Below are positions 18,491 to 39,274 of a stretch of 64,000 nt of DNA, one piece after another. Within the stretch, counting starts at the first letter, position 1. Each line of letters begins with the position of its first letter. The stretch comes from the human T2T-CHM13v2.0 reference genome, Homo sapiens. The translations under genes were made by a program, and so were the position numbers. Location: assembly GCF_009914755.1 (NCBI RefSeq), contig NC_060928.1. One strand, 5' to 3'. The notes under the pieces were generated by a model that was not told where the DNA came from, made no database searches, and saw only the letters and a list, made by a program, of their open reading frames with translations.

Positions 18491-19203
18491 TGAATCCTAG
18501 ATGTTCTAAAAGTCAAACCTCTCCATGCTTCAATTTCCTCATTTTTAAAAAGGGCTGACACTAACCCACGGGGTTATTGTGAGAATGAAATAATATATGT
18601 GTAGTATCTAGTGTTGTGTAACAAGCTTCCCCAAAACTGAGTAGATAAGACCACAATTATTGGTTGTCTCGCCGCTGTGGCAAGGCAGGAGTGTGCAGGC
18701 AGTGCAGGCTACAGGTCTCTCCTGAGGTTGCCGTCATCTGAAGTCCAGGTGAAGAATATGCAGCAGCTGGGGCAGAGCAGCCGGCACTCCTCGGGCATCT
18801 CTCGCTCTCTCTTTCTCTGTGCTGCTCCGTATGGCAGCCTCAAGGTAGCAGGACTTCTTACATGGTGGCTGCAAGCACCCAGAGTAAGTGGCGCAAGATA
18901 AACCTGCAAAAGCCCTGGGGCGTTTTCTAACTTAGCTCGAAGGTCACTCTGTATCCATGTAGAACAGCAATCGCAAAATCTTGCTTGGTTTTAAGGGGAG
19001 GAGATGTAAATTCTGTGAATGAGAAGCCCGTCAGAAAACCTGTGGACCTTTCTACAAACTATCAGAGGTGACTATGAAGATGTTTTGTACTATTTGGATG
19101 GTCCACTGTTTATCTCATGACGGAGTAATTAAAAGACTTACTAAACTGAAAAAATGTGCTACACGTTTTTTTTTTCCCACAGATAACCGATCCAAATTGT
19201 TGA

Positions 19204-19501
<298 letters not shown>

Positions 19502-20122
19502 CTAGTGTTTGAAATATATTTCATGCTAAGGAATATGCTACCTTAATAGTTATTTTTAGATAAACCATCTATCTCTTCCTAGTGGATGTTTGGAAATGTT
19601 TCCATCTGATGTGTGTTTTTTTTCTAGTCTGTGACACCTATAAAAATTCTCCTACTCAAGCATTTAAGAGTTAGAATTTTCCATCCTGTTTAAAATTCTT
19701 CCAAACTAAGACTAGGCTTTGGATCTTTTCGTTAAAAATATAAATATAATGTTTAATCGGTTTGCAAGAGCAATTTGGGGAGATGGCAATCTAGCAAGTG
19801 AATTCCAGTATAAACTTCTGCATAACTTTATACTGAAGTTAAACTTCAGTATAAACATACCACCTTCTGCATAGCTGGTAGGTGGAATTGAAAACTCTGG
19901 ATCAGGGTTTAACAAGCCTGGCTGATGATGCTTTTGTTCGTTTTGGATCTGAGGATCTTTGTAAGGTCATTTGTTTTCACCATTGATAGTTATTAAATGC
20001 AAGCATCAACATAAACTGCATTTAGAAACAACCTTCACCTTGCTTCATCATGAAGTAGTAAATCAAAACTTTCAAAATAATGAAGCATATTTAATTTCAA
20101 AAAATGACTTTGAAAAATATTA

Positions 20123-20527
<405 letters not shown>

Positions 20528-21235
20528 TTATTTCATCCTCATCCTTTTAAATTTCTATTTTGTAAATGTTTCTTAATCTACTAGCTAGTATGGTTTGTGA
20601 TTATAATTTTCGGTGAACCAATGAACATGCATTGGAAGTGCTTGCTGAAACACTTTTTCTGACAAGGGTGTGATCTAAAGAGTGTCAGTGGTCTGTACAA
20701 CAGCCCTTTACGGAGGGACAGTTGTGTCTTCTTCAGCTTTGTGGCTCCATGGCTTCATGGCCTCTTTGCTGCATGGGAAGAGGCAGAGACAGGAGCCACT
20801 GCTTGAGGATTTATATTATACTAAGCATCTTCCCTTTGCTCCAGTCCCCCTAGAGTATTCTTGTGGGGAAAAGGAGCACCTAGCCTTGTTAATTCTGCTT
20901 ATAGTGGCCTTCATTAGGTTGAATAGTCTCCACATCTTTGTGGTTAGTATCTTGTAACTGAATGTCACTTGTTTCCTACAAAATAATTCTCTTCCCCAAA
21001 GTGTTTTCCATTTGAAAATCACTCATATCCTGAAGTGTTCCTCTTGATTCTTTAACAATTTGGCTCCAAGAGCTTTACAAGAGGAAAATGTTCCTGACAT
21101 GATGGGTGAGTCATGGTTTGTGAAAATGAGCAATTTATGCCTAGCATGGTGCTATGGCCAAATTGCACTAAGACTTTGCCTAGAATATGTGTCTTCTGAG
21201 AGTTTTGTTACATGATAGTAAAAAATTAAAAGTCA

Positions 21236-21580
<345 letters not shown>

Positions 21581-22819
21581 TTAAAAAATACAATGAACTT
21601 AAAATACTGAATTCCTCATCTCTTTCTCTTGTATCATGATAGCAAACAAGATCCAGTTCTGCCAGCTGCATCTCAGCCAAGACTCCTACAAACAGCTGAA
21701 ACTCTCTCTCAGCCTCAGTTTTTCACCTGCAAAGTGGGGATGATAACAATACCTGCTCCCTTTTAAGCCTTAAGACACTTACTTATTATCAGATTGACTT
21801 ATACCAATTAAATCCTCTTAGAAACATAAGGAGGACTTCATTCTGCAATTGACAAACTAGTTTCTAATACAAACTTCTGTACTTCCTAGTGTATTTTGTA
21901 TTATCTCTCATTATCCCCAATTTACTGCAGCCAGAACCTTATATGGCCTTGAATGATTTCTAATTAAATACCCTCAATTTCAGATATACTCCTTAGCAGA
22001 AACAAAACAAAACAAAACAAGTCAACAGATTCTCCAAACGACGTGCCTCAATCTGGAGTTTCTGACCAGTTTTGCTCAGAAGATGTCCTGTTACCTTCTC
22101 AAAGACAATTTCCACCATGAATGACACATTAAAAAGCTACACAGGCAGAAAAGCGATGTCTCCCAGAAACCGCTTTCACCTTTCTCTCTTTCTTCCCCTC
22201 TGAGCCTCAGGACTTCTCACTGCCCATCCAGTTTTTAGAACTTGAACCACAGAAGCTGCCTTAGTGGGGAGAAAGTGCTGGGTTTAAGTCAGTTTCTATT
22301 TCAGACGCCATGCACTGAAAGCTATCTCCTGTCCTCAGCAAGGCCTCTACAGGCAGCTTCTGTACCATGCCTAGGACCAAGGAGCTTTCAGATGGCCTAT
22401 AAAAATTTTTGAGACCTGAAAAAAAAAAGAATTGACCCCAAAATATGAAAATAAAAATGAATAAAACAGAACTAAAGAGCATTTAATTAAATATCTGCAA
22501 ACTAAAAATTAATGCTAACATTAGTAGTTGATAAAATGTTAGTATTCATAAAAATATAATGTAATTATATTTGAAAACAATTGGATTAGATTATTGTCCT
22601 TCAATCCAACAAAGTGGATTAGATTATTTTCCTTCAAAAGAGTTCCCAAGCATGTACTATGCTTGCTAAGAAACTATAACTGATTGCAAATTAAGTGGTT
22701 TGATTGTAGCTAAATTATTTCAGAAGTAAAATTATCTTTTAAAAAATTTTCTGAAAAACCTTAGGGTACCATGGGTGCATTTCAATATAATTGATATGAT
22801 TATGACCTCTAAAAGGAGT

Positions 22820-23300
22820 ACTTGGAAATTTGAATACTGGCTGCGTGTTAGATGGTATTAGGGAATGATTGTCAATTGTCTTACTTGTGATAATAGTATT
22901 GAGGTTAAGTGGGAGAATCTTAGGAGATACATATGGAAGTATTTAGGGGTGAAGTGTCCTGATGTCAACAACCTGCTTTTAGTATGTTCTGCAAAATAAC
23001 AATAACTATACGGTGAGGGGGATCTAATTTCCTTAATTCTGCTTACAGTAGTCTTGAAGATTTATAATAATCTCCACCTCTTCACAGTCAGTATGCTCTA
23101 TTTGAATGTTATTTGTTTTCTACATAATCATCCTTTTCCCCAAAGTGTTCGCCATCTGAAAATCACTTAGTATGTCAGCTACCTACTTTCAAAAGGTTCT
23201 GCAAAATAATAATAACAAATGTGTGTGAATCCTTATGTGTACATACACACACACACACACACACACAGAGAATAAATGTAGCAAAATGTTAACAAGTGCT
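22820..23300 (+). mobile_element. Old L1ME-type 3' end fragment containing a local insertion
   Basis: gaaatttgaatactgg...ttagatggtattagggaat...ttaggagatacatatggaagtatttaggggtgaagtgtcctgatgtc; (CA)n at about 23245-23267. Confidence 0.65.
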
Positions 23301-23509
23301 TTGAAAATGATAATAAAGCAGGTAACAGGCTACAGAATGTTGGAGGCTGAAGGGCATTATTTGGATATTATGGTCAGAAAAAGCCTCTTAGTAGGGTAAC
23401 AACTGAACCAGATCTGAATGAAGTGAAGGAACAAGCCCTGCTAAGATGTAAAGGTAGAGTATTCCAGCTCAAGCAGGCAGCATGTGCAAAGGTCCTGAGG
23501 CAGGACTTC

Positions 23510-25770
<2,261 letters not shown>

Positions 25771-26386
25771 TTTTTCTTTTTCTTATTAACCACCCCTCTC
25801 CTCCCCAGCCTCACCCTGCTTGTTTTGAAGTTATATAACTTTATTACTCTGCTCCATACTGGGGCAAGTTCTTAATGTAGTATCTCATTTAATCTTCACA
25901 ATAACCTTTATGAGACAGGTATTATTGCTTCTCTTAGAGAAGTTAACTTTACTAAAATAATATTGCTAGAAGGAATAGAGCAATGGAATACAGCAAGAAT
26001 TTAAAGCCAGGCTTGTCTGATTCTGCAGCCTCTGCTCCTCTCAGAAACGTGTGCTGCCTAATGCTTGGGTTAAAATTTATCCAATACAGGGAACCTTAAA
26101 GGAGATGAATTGTAGCAGGCGGAGGCAGAATAGAGAAGGTGGGTAAAGAAAGGAAGTGAAAAGAAATGGAAATTCATATGGACAGTGAGAGCCACCTCAC
26201 CCCAGCATGTGATTTTGAATTTGCAGGAAGCAGGTATGTCACCTTGATTAGGCTGCCTTCTCCTCCCCATGCCTTCTTCCAAGACCTCCTGAGGTGTCTG
26301 TAGCTGTGGCAATCCAAATTGCTATTGGTTGACAATGCAGACACAGCATTTTCCGCTACTTTCTGCTCTCATCCAATCACAATTGC

Positions 26387-26490
26387 CCCCTTCCCTCCCT
26401 CCCTCTTTCTTTCTCTTTCTCTCTTTCTTTCTTTTTCTTTCTTCCTTCCTTCCTTCCTTTCCTTCCTTCCTTTTTCTTTCTTTCCTTTTT
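26387..26490. repeat. Polypyrimidine low-complexity tract
   Basis: About 100 bp made only of C and T. Confidence 0.9.
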
Positions 26491-26664
26491 TACCACCAAA
26501 TTGGCTCCTCTGATTGCTTTTTCCTGGAAGTCATCCACTCATCACACAAATCCTGTGTTAACACTTGTTATTCCCATTATGCACTCATGTTTAGCCTTGC
26601 ATTTCCTTTGATGAAGAGGAATAAATTAGGAGATGGAGATTCATAGGGAAAGTTCATTCTTTTA

Positions 26665-27570
<906 letters not shown>

Positions 27571-29059
27571 CAGCATGCCAATGGACTCTACTTCTTGTAC
27601 ATAACTTTTCTGGAGGCTCACTCAGTGACTGCCTGCCTCCCTTGCCTGACCTCTCGTTGGCCAAAACTCAATCTGGTGGCCAGCCTTAGCTGCAAGAGAT
27701 CCTTGGAATGTAATTATTTTAGGCACAGGAAGACAAGGGGAAAATGGCTTGTGAATGTCTTTTGGGTAGGCAATCCACAGTATCTGCCACTAGGGTCATC
27801 TGCACTGTATCTGAAACAAGCCTGTGAAATAGACGAGGCAAGTCTTATTTGATTAATCTATAAAGGGGGAGGATGGTTAAAGAGCACAAAGATCATAGGT
27901 AATAGAGCAAGGGCTTGAGTCCAGATCTTTTCATCTCAGATTGAATGTACTCTCTCACTACCTTTCATTATTCTAGGCCCCACAATGAACTGATCCTGGT
28001 CACACATGTCCTGCTGTGTCTACTGGTGAACCATTCTTTCAACTCTGTCTTCAATATCCAGCATACCTGAGCAATTATTATGACTAAACAGGCGCTGGGA
28101 GGATGCTAGGTTATTGAACCTAACTTTAGAATGGACAGGAGCCTTCTAAAATATGGGAGGAAAAATAAATCAATAAACAGTGTCTTTTGTTACACTAGGA
28201 AATATTGTTCTGCCAAGCAGAATGATAAAGTGTAGAGCATGTACCCCAGGGGATATGAAAGACATTCCACTGGAGTATGGGAAAAGTATTAGAATTCTGT
28301 GTTTGTAAGGCTAGAGATGATATCAACATAGACACAGAAGTTCAGTATTATTAATATCTCATACATAAATTGATACTGGATGTTGGACAGGCACATGCCT
28401 TATGCCTATGGAATTCAGGAATTCTGATTCTACAGCATGGAGTGGTTAACAGCAGCATCCTCGCGGTTCACTCACTTTCATGGATTATGACAATATGAGT
28501 TTATAAAGAGCTTGGTTAAGCGGATTTACTACAATATTATCTTAAATGGGAAACTAGAATTCTTTTTAATGAGCTGGGGAATGCACATGAAATTCTACTT
28601 AGAAAAACAGTGTTTAATCTTGTGAGATAAATATGTAAACATTATATGTAATGGCACTATAGCCAGAATATGACATTATAGATTTTAAGCAGTAAGTATT
28701 TAAAATGGACATATTTTTCCAGATTAATGCACAATCTCTTTCATTCATTCTTTTGTACTTTTTCCTTTAACCAGTTTGGATGGAAATATCTCCAAGTAAT
28801 ATCATTTCTACTGTGAAAATTAAATGAATTAACTAATGAAAAGTACCCAGTTCAGTGCTTGCTGCAGAGTAAGTCATTCAATAAATTACAGCTATTGTTT
28901 CTCCAGAAATTCAAGGAAGGCAACCACAAGCTGATGGGGTGTTTATTCACCTGGCTGTCTTCTTTTAGAGGTTATATCAGGACACATTCATTACCTTGGA
29001 AAATTTTCCTCAGCAATCAGAGAATTGCTTAGTGAGTAGGAAATCAGAACCAGGGGCAG

Positions 29060-29421
29060 TGTGTTAGTCCATTTCCACACTGCCTTAAAGATACTACCGG
29101 AGGCTGGGTAATTTATAAAGGAAAGAGGCTTAATTGACTCACAGTTCTGCATGGCTGGGGAGGCCTCAGGAAACTTACAATCACGGCAAAAGGCAAAGAG
29201 GAAGCAGGCATCTTCTTCACAAGGCGGCAGGAGAAAGAGAGCAGGGGAAGCTGCCACTTTTAAACCATCAGGTCTCATGAGAACTCCCTCAATATCATGA
29301 GAACAGCATGGGGGAAAATGCTGCCATGATCCAGTTACCTCCCATCAGATCCCTCCCACCACATATGGGAATTACAATTCAAGATGAGATTTGGGTGGGG
29401 ACACAGATCCAAACCATATCA
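29060..29421 (-). mobile_element. Solo MST/THE1-family MaLR LTR
   Basis: tgtgttagtccatttccacactgc...gagatttgggtggggacacagatccaaaccatatca; TG...CA ends; 5-bp flanks ggcag and gggag. Confidence 0.9.
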
Positions 29422-29620
29422 GGGAGTTTTCAGTTATATAAACGTAATGTTTAATGATCTCTGATATATTCACTTTATAATAGGGATTAGTTGCCAGTGG
29501 GGCCAGAAAATTCAAGGAGCATGATTGCTTGGGCAGAGTTAGGTAATGTTTGCCTCTGTGACACTGTTTTTTTGGTACGTTTATACCTAATAACCTGGGT
29601 TTAAACTTTTTTTGTAATTT

Positions 29621-29626
29621 TTTATT
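29621..29626 (-). terminator. SETD7: Candidate polyadenylation signal for the distal alternative SETD7 last exon
   Basis: tttatt on + reads AATAAA on -, about 400 nt past the stop at 30019. Confidence 0.5.
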
Positions 29627-30018
29627 GTGGAGATTTCAAAAACATATAAAAACACACATATAAGATCATGAACTCGTACTCATCACCCAGCTGAAATCCT
29701 TATCCACATGTGGTCAGTCTGGTTTTATCTACACCCACACTTCACTTCCCTTATCTCCCATATTAGCCTGAAGAAAATTCCAAATATACTGATTGTTTTA
29801 AAAGATATTTTATCTAATCAAGTCCTGCTGGTTTGAGGGTCTTTTTCCCCCCTCTGGTGACTTTATTTATTGATTTCTCTGGCACAACTTATTAGGTATC
29901 TCTTTTCAGATCTTAAAATGGCTCCCAGAGTGCGATTTTGAGTTCTTGAGGGAAGCCTATGTTCTGACAATTGCCATTATCATTAGGCAGAGTTCATTCC
30001 ATTCGCTTTTATCTTTTC

Positions 30019-30187
30019 TTAATTACTCACGAACATCATTATGAGCATCAGTCCTTGGGCTGCACTATAAAGAGGAATGCCAGCTTTTCTGTGTTCTACC
30101 CAGGGCGCTTGATCCAGATGTGGGATCTTTGGGAGTGGAGCCCCAAATCTGCTTCTTTTACACGTTCCCAGGTGATTCTTCTCGCCA
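30019..30187 (-). CDS. SETD7: Candidate alternative terminal coding exon of SETD7
   Basis: Minus-strand acceptor ttgcttctccaatttcag|T; after exon 7 (...GAT AT|) the frame is open for 56 codons to TAA; AATAAA downstream. Confidence 0.55.
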
Positions 30188-30212
30188 CTGAAATTGGAGA
30201 AGCAACTGGCTG
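30100..30212. mobile_element. Degenerate MER5-like hAT element
   Basis: aatctgcttcttttacacgttcccaggtgattct...aaattggagaagcaactg resembles the MER5A end and the copy at 45610-45772. Confidence 0.5.
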
Positions 30213-30808
30213 AGAACGTTTTCAGAGATTATTAAGGTACATAGATCTCAAGCCACGGTGCTGAAAAGCCAGAAAGGAGACTTTTAGAAACCCAGCTGCA
30301 TTTTTCTAAATCTTCTCCATCCTCTCTTTTGCTGGCTCTGACTTTTCACTGGGTCAGAGGCTCTAAGGCTGGAACCTGATGTTCCACGGGGACTGTGTTA
30401 TGGTTGTTCTTCTACAGAGTAAAGTGCATGAACTGAAATAGCTATTGACTGCTCAGAAGTCACTCAGTCTCAGGTTTCTGGCTGTGTTCCACATAGCTGT
30501 AGGTTTTGTAAATCGTACTTAGATAAGTTGTGTTCCTGTACACACACACACACACATGCACACACACAGAGTCCGAGTGCTATAATAATTCTGATATATA
30601 AAGAAATTTCAGAGGCCAAGCACAGTGGCTTATGCCTATAATGCCCAGCCAGTACTAATGATCTTATAACTCGTGTTTTACAGATAACTGTGCTCCAGGC
30701 AGAGAGAGATTTTAAAGACCTGTATGACACAGAAATGCTTCTGTTTGTTTTAAAAGATAAACCAGTTTTGTTCAACTTTGTTTACTGTAGGCGCCAGAAG
30801 TGCTATTA

Positions 30809-31160
<352 letters not shown>

Positions 31161-31233
31161 AAAAGCCCTGGAAGTGGTGTCTTAATTTAGCTAATCAAAG
31201 TTCAACCTGATGATAGGAAAGAACATCAACTGA

Positions 31234-31535
<302 letters not shown>

Positions 31536-31816
31536 TTTTAAAATGTGTTAAATCATCCTTTCCCTAGAGGTGTTTGTTTTACAGCATGTCAGAAACAGTA
31601 TGAGAATAAATCCTCACCACAAGAGGGAGCTGGACCATGAAGAAATTAATGGGTTGTTTTGGAAATAGAAATAAAAACTGGGAAAGTGCAGGAGATTTAC
31701 GGTAAGACCATCAGTATCATCAGTGGTGACCGTTATTTGCACTAAGTGATTACTTCATTCTTTCAGTTGCTCAGATCAAAAACTGCGGAGTTCATCCCTG
31801 ATTCCTTACTTCCTAT

Positions 31817-33870
<2,054 letters not shown>

Positions 33871-34167
33871 AATGCCATATCTCAGCACATTCTACTGTTT
33901 CTTCCTATGATGCACGCCAGTTCAACCACTTCTCCTCACCATGGCCCCTCTGTCCTGCCCACCATCATCATGAACCCCCTGCTTCCACCTGGGTCCCTAC
34001 TCCCACTCCAGCCTATTCTCAGTACAACAGCCTGAGTGATCCTTTTACACGTGGGAGGAAGATCTTGTCATTCTTCTGTTGAGATCCTTCCAATGAAAGG
34101 GCTAACAGCAATTACAATTTCAAAAGCATTTTCAGAAACTGTAGTAAACTAAGTTTAAGAAAGCTGG

Positions 34168-34478
34168 TGGCTTTTGTTTGTTTGTTTTGTTTTTTTGAGA
34201 CGGAGTCTTGCTCTGTCGTCCAGGCTGGAGTGCCGTGGTGCCACCTTGGCTCACTGCAACCTCCGCCTCCCAGTTTCAAGCGATTCTCCTGCCTCAGCCT
34301 CCTGAGTAGATGGGATTACAGGCATGCACCACCACGCCCAGCTAATTTTTGTATTATCAGTAGAGACGGGGTTTTGCCATGTTGGCAAGGCTGGTCTCAA
34401 ACTCCTGACCTCAGATGATCTGCCCACCTCAGCCTCCCAAAGTGCTGGGATTACAGGCATAAGCCACCGTGACTGGCT
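34168..34478 (-). mobile_element. Alu (AluS-type)
   Basis: Antisense Alu dimer. Confidence 0.95.
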
Positions 34479-34479
34479 G

Positions 34480-34950
34480 CACCACTGCACCTCGCACTCT
34501 GAGTTTAAAACAAAGTCCTTGAAATAGTTTTCGGGGCCCCTGTAGAATTTGATTCTCTTCTCTCCCCACTGGCCGGTCCCCTGGCCTCCTGCGCTTCCCT
34601 GAGCATTCCCACCTCAGGTCGTGGCTCTCTGCGGCCCCCCTCAGCCTGAAATGTTTCCCCTGGAATCTCCATAATTTGTTCTCTCTCTCAGGAAATGAGG
34701 TCTTCCCTGACTTTCCCCCACAAAAAAATAGCACCCCTCTTGGCCCTGCACACCTCCTCACCCTCTTTATTCTCCTCTCTTTGTCCCATACCACTTACCC
34801 AGGCACATACAGTCATTTACTTGCTTCTTATCCGTTTCCCTCACTAAAATGCAAGCTCCACAAAGGCAAGGATTTTGTTTTTATTCACTGCTGATTTGCT
34901 AATGGCCCAGAAGAGGGACTGCTATGTGGTAAAGCTTAAGAAATTCGTGC
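34480..34950. mobile_element. L2 remnant
   Basis: cactaaaatgcaagctccacaaaggcaaggattttgtttttattcactgctg is the L2 3' motif. Confidence 0.7.
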
Positions 34951-34954
34951 TGAA

Positions 34955-35312
34955 CTTGGATGAAGCTGGAGGCCATTATTCTAAGTGAAGTAACCAAGGA
35001 ATGAAAAACCAAAACCCGTTATGTTTTCACTTATAAGTGGGAGCTAAGCTATGAGTACACAGAGGCATTCAGAGTGACATAATGGACTTCAGAGACTCAG
35101 AAGGGGGAGGGTGGGAGGGAGCTAGGGATAAAAATCTACATATTAGGTACAATGTACATTACTCAGGTGACAGGTGCACTAAAATTTCAGAATTCACCAC
35201 TGGATAATTACTCCATGTAACAAAAAACCACTTGTACCCCAAAAGCTATTGAAATATATTTTTTAAAAAGGTACTCAAAAAAAAACCCCAAATAAATAAA
35301 TAAATAAATAAA
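34955..35312 (+). mobile_element. L1 (L1PB/L1MA-type) 3' end
   Basis: tggatgaagctggaggccattattctaagtgaagtaac...cacttgtaccccaaaagctattgaaat; (TAAA)n tail. Confidence 0.9.
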
Positions 35313-35809
35313 AGTACTCTAGTTCAGTCACTCCCACATCACATGCCTAGAAAGTGCTTTGTGCACATCCAGGAAGATATGCCTAGTGATCCCCGCAAAG
35401 CCTGTCATCTAAGGGAGAGGCCAGCTAGATGCTTCACTCATTAAACAATCGAGAACACACAATAATGGTCTGGCAGTGTCCATCCACATGTGGCAGGGCA
35501 GCGGAGACACGGCAGGTCCCGAAGAGTCAGGCCAGGCTTCCTGGGGCAGGGGCTCTTCACGGGGGACTGCTTGGAAGGAGGCAAGCTGTGGCTATGCCTG
35601 GAAAGGTGGCATCCCAGAGCAGGCGGAGCAAAGTTAGTGAGCTCAATCCATGGGTCAAAACTCAATCTTTTTTTCCCCCAGTTGTCATCACAGTTTAATT
35701 TTACAAATAGAAAAAACTGAGGCACAAAGAAGTTATGTCACACAGCTAGAAATTGCAAGGCTGGGATTTCAACCCAAGATGATTACCCAATTCTCCTAAT
35801 CATTACAAT

Positions 35810-36140
35810 CTCTCATTCATGCACTCACTCTACGAGTATTTATTGAGTGCTTACAGTGTATCAAATGTTAAGGATATGTTAGTGAATAAAACAAACTAAA
35901 ATCCCTGTCTATTCTAGAGGGAGGAGAAAGACAATAAACAATCAACATAATATAACTAAGTTCTACGGTATGCTAGAAGGTAATGAGAAGCATGGTGAAA
36001 AATAAAGGAGGGTAAAGTGGCCTCGGAATGCTGGGGGAGGAGAATGTTGCAGTTTAAGTGGGGTGGTCAATGAAGTCCTCATGCAGCAAAGACTTGAAGG
36101 GCACGAGGGCAGAGCCTGTGGCTCTCTGGGAGAAAGACAT
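35810..36140. mobile_element. L2 3' remnant
   Basis: tcattcatgcactcactc...tatttattgagtgctta...gtgaataaaacaaactaaaatccctg. Confidence 0.7.
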
Positions 36141-36570
36141 GCCCAAGAGCGGGGCAAGCCTGGCTCTCCTGGACTGCAAGGGGGTGGGTGTGGGTGGAGC
36201 ACAGGAAGGAAGAGGGAGAGAGGACATGAAAACAGTCTTCTGAACCCCACAGCAAATCCTTATTTGCCAGAGAGTAGTCGAAAGCCCAGCGTCACACAGA
36301 CAGTGGCAAAGCCGGGTGAAACCAGTCTGACTCCAGATCTCAAGTCCTTTCCACCACACAACCCTCCCTCTGCCACAGCAGAGAGGCAGGAAAAGAGAAG
36401 CAGAGGCGGGAAGAGGGAAACCCCATCACGGAGGATGCTTCACGTGGTGGAGGCAAAGAATGAGAAATGAGATGGGATGGAGAAGCTATGCTGGAAATCC
36501 AGGCAGAGGAGGTGGAAGTTCGGGATCAGGATAGAAATTGGCTGAGAATAAAATTATAAGAAGCTGGTCT

Positions 36571-36942
<372 letters not shown>

Positions 36943-37089
36943 CTAAGTGGATGATGATCAAGGGAAAGGAAGACACAGGATACTAAAGGTTGGCCTTAAC
37001 CCCTGGAGAGCAAGCGGAGAGAAGGGCAGGAGAGAGAGCTCCCATAAGTATGGTTAGGAGAGCAGCAAGGAGCCCAGCTGCCCGGCTTC

Positions 37090-37250
37090 AGACTCTGCCT
37101 CTATGGCTTTCTACTTCTGCGACCATGTGCCTTAACCTCTCTATGCCTCAGTTTTTCTTTCTGTAAAATGGTGTGGTAACAGTACCTATATATATGGTTG
37201 TTGAAAAGATTAAATGAATAATCTAAAACACTTAAAACGGCCTGATAAAA
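37090..37250 (+). mobile_element. MIR SINE
   Basis: ccttaacctctctatgcctcagtttttctttctgtaaaatgg...aagattaaatga is the MIR core. Confidence 0.8.
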
Positions 37251-38040
37251 CTCTAGATAAATATATCTTTGTAAACCCCCCTCTACAGCCCCCCTGATAA
37301 ATTCTCTAAACTGATTTGAATTATTTTTAAAAATCCATTTATTTAATTTATTTGAAGAGACTAACCTCCCTTCTTCTCTGAGGAAAATAAGAAAACAAAA
37401 CTCATGATGCAGATGAGGCAGACACTGTGAGTGGTCAACCCAACTATCATTTCCCTTTCCTACTTGCTGGGAGAGCCCCAAACTGGTTCAGGCCACACAG
37501 CCATATGCTTCACTCAGATAGTCATAGTGCCCCTGTAGCCATTGCCAGTGATTGGCTGAGTTTCCTCAGTGATAGAGGCCATAGAAGAGACTTTCCTTTT
37601 CATCTATTGGATGGGGCCAAATTGGCTGTGATGGCTGGAACCTGGGCAGCAATGTTGTGGCTGTGAGGGAGCTAGCCCCTGAAGGCAAAGCAGACAAGCT
37701 GAGAAAGGCAGAGTGGAAAGATGGGAAGAACTTGGTGGAGCTGCTGAATTAACTGTAGGGCCACTCAGCACTTCTTGTTATGTGAGATAGTAAACCTTCT
37801 TTATTACTTAGGCCATATTGAGTTGAGCTTTGATGTTTCTTGAAGCTGGAAGCATTCTGATACTTACAGAAGTAAAAATTTGGTAGCAATCTAGATGGAT
37901 CCATTAATCTTTTTCCGTGTACATTATAAGAAGTGAAGCTCTAAATTCAAAACCCTGGCTTTTGGTTTTTGTAAATAAACAAAACTTAAGGAAAAACACA
38001 TTTATCGAGCAAACCACTATGTCGTGAGGGAATTACCATG

Positions 38041-38076
38041 ATCTATCTGTCTATCTGTCTATCTATCTATCTATCT
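38041..38076. repeat. (TCTA/TCTG)n microsatellite
   Basis: Directly visible. Confidence 0.9.
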
Positions 38077-38916
38077 GCAAGGTAACAGTCATTTTCTGAA
38101 ATACTTTTGGAGCAGAAACCCCTTTTCTGTTTTTCCTTTTTTTTTCAGCTTCAAGAGGAGGAATGGAATTTCTTCTTCTTCCTCTTATTTTTCAACTAGA
38201 GGCTTCTTATTGAACAATCCCAAATCAGTCAGATGCTGAATTGAAACTAAATGAAACTACAGCATAAAGTCCTTCGATAGCTGTTACCTAGTTCTAGAGA
38301 TGACTGCTGAAACAATTTCACATTTAATATAAACTAGCAGTCTGAATGATTCCAAACATTTAAACCCAAAGGCAGATATTGGTAACCATCCCATTAGTAT
38401 AGCTGGGATGGTTACTAATTTGGTCTAACATAATTTTGTCTTAATTTTCACATTACCTCATTCTACAACATTTGGGCCCAAATCAATCATCTTAACCCAT
38501 GAAAGTTGCCCAATCTTTCACTTTCAAGGTTAGCTTCTTAAGCTTCCCTCAGTCTGTATTAAATTTTTAATCCTGTATTCCCCTTTCCCACAAGGAAGAA
38601 GAATATTAATATTGTGATTTGACCCATGCGTGTTAGAGGGTGAAGCCTTGCCTGAAAGATCTAGCATGTGAATGTGTCTGTGCAGGTGGAAAAGCTGATC
38701 CAACATCAGTTTGGACCCAGTCATCTCACTCGTTTCTGTTTCCTTCCTTCCATGGAAGGAAGTGTGATAAAATCAAGGATTGGGCAACTGAGGGAGGTAA
38801 AATAAAGCAGGAGATCTCATGGCCTGCTTCAGTTTGAGGCCTAACTGTGCCTCGTGTAGCCCTGCCAAACTTCCTAGAATTCACTTCTTTGGGGTCCTGG
38901 GCAGAAGGCCCAGCTA

Positions 38917-39274
<358 letters not shown>

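Noticed and set aside
36063-36470. 135-aa ORF
   Set aside because: Starts within an L2 remnant at a non-ATG codon; no domain or splice support.
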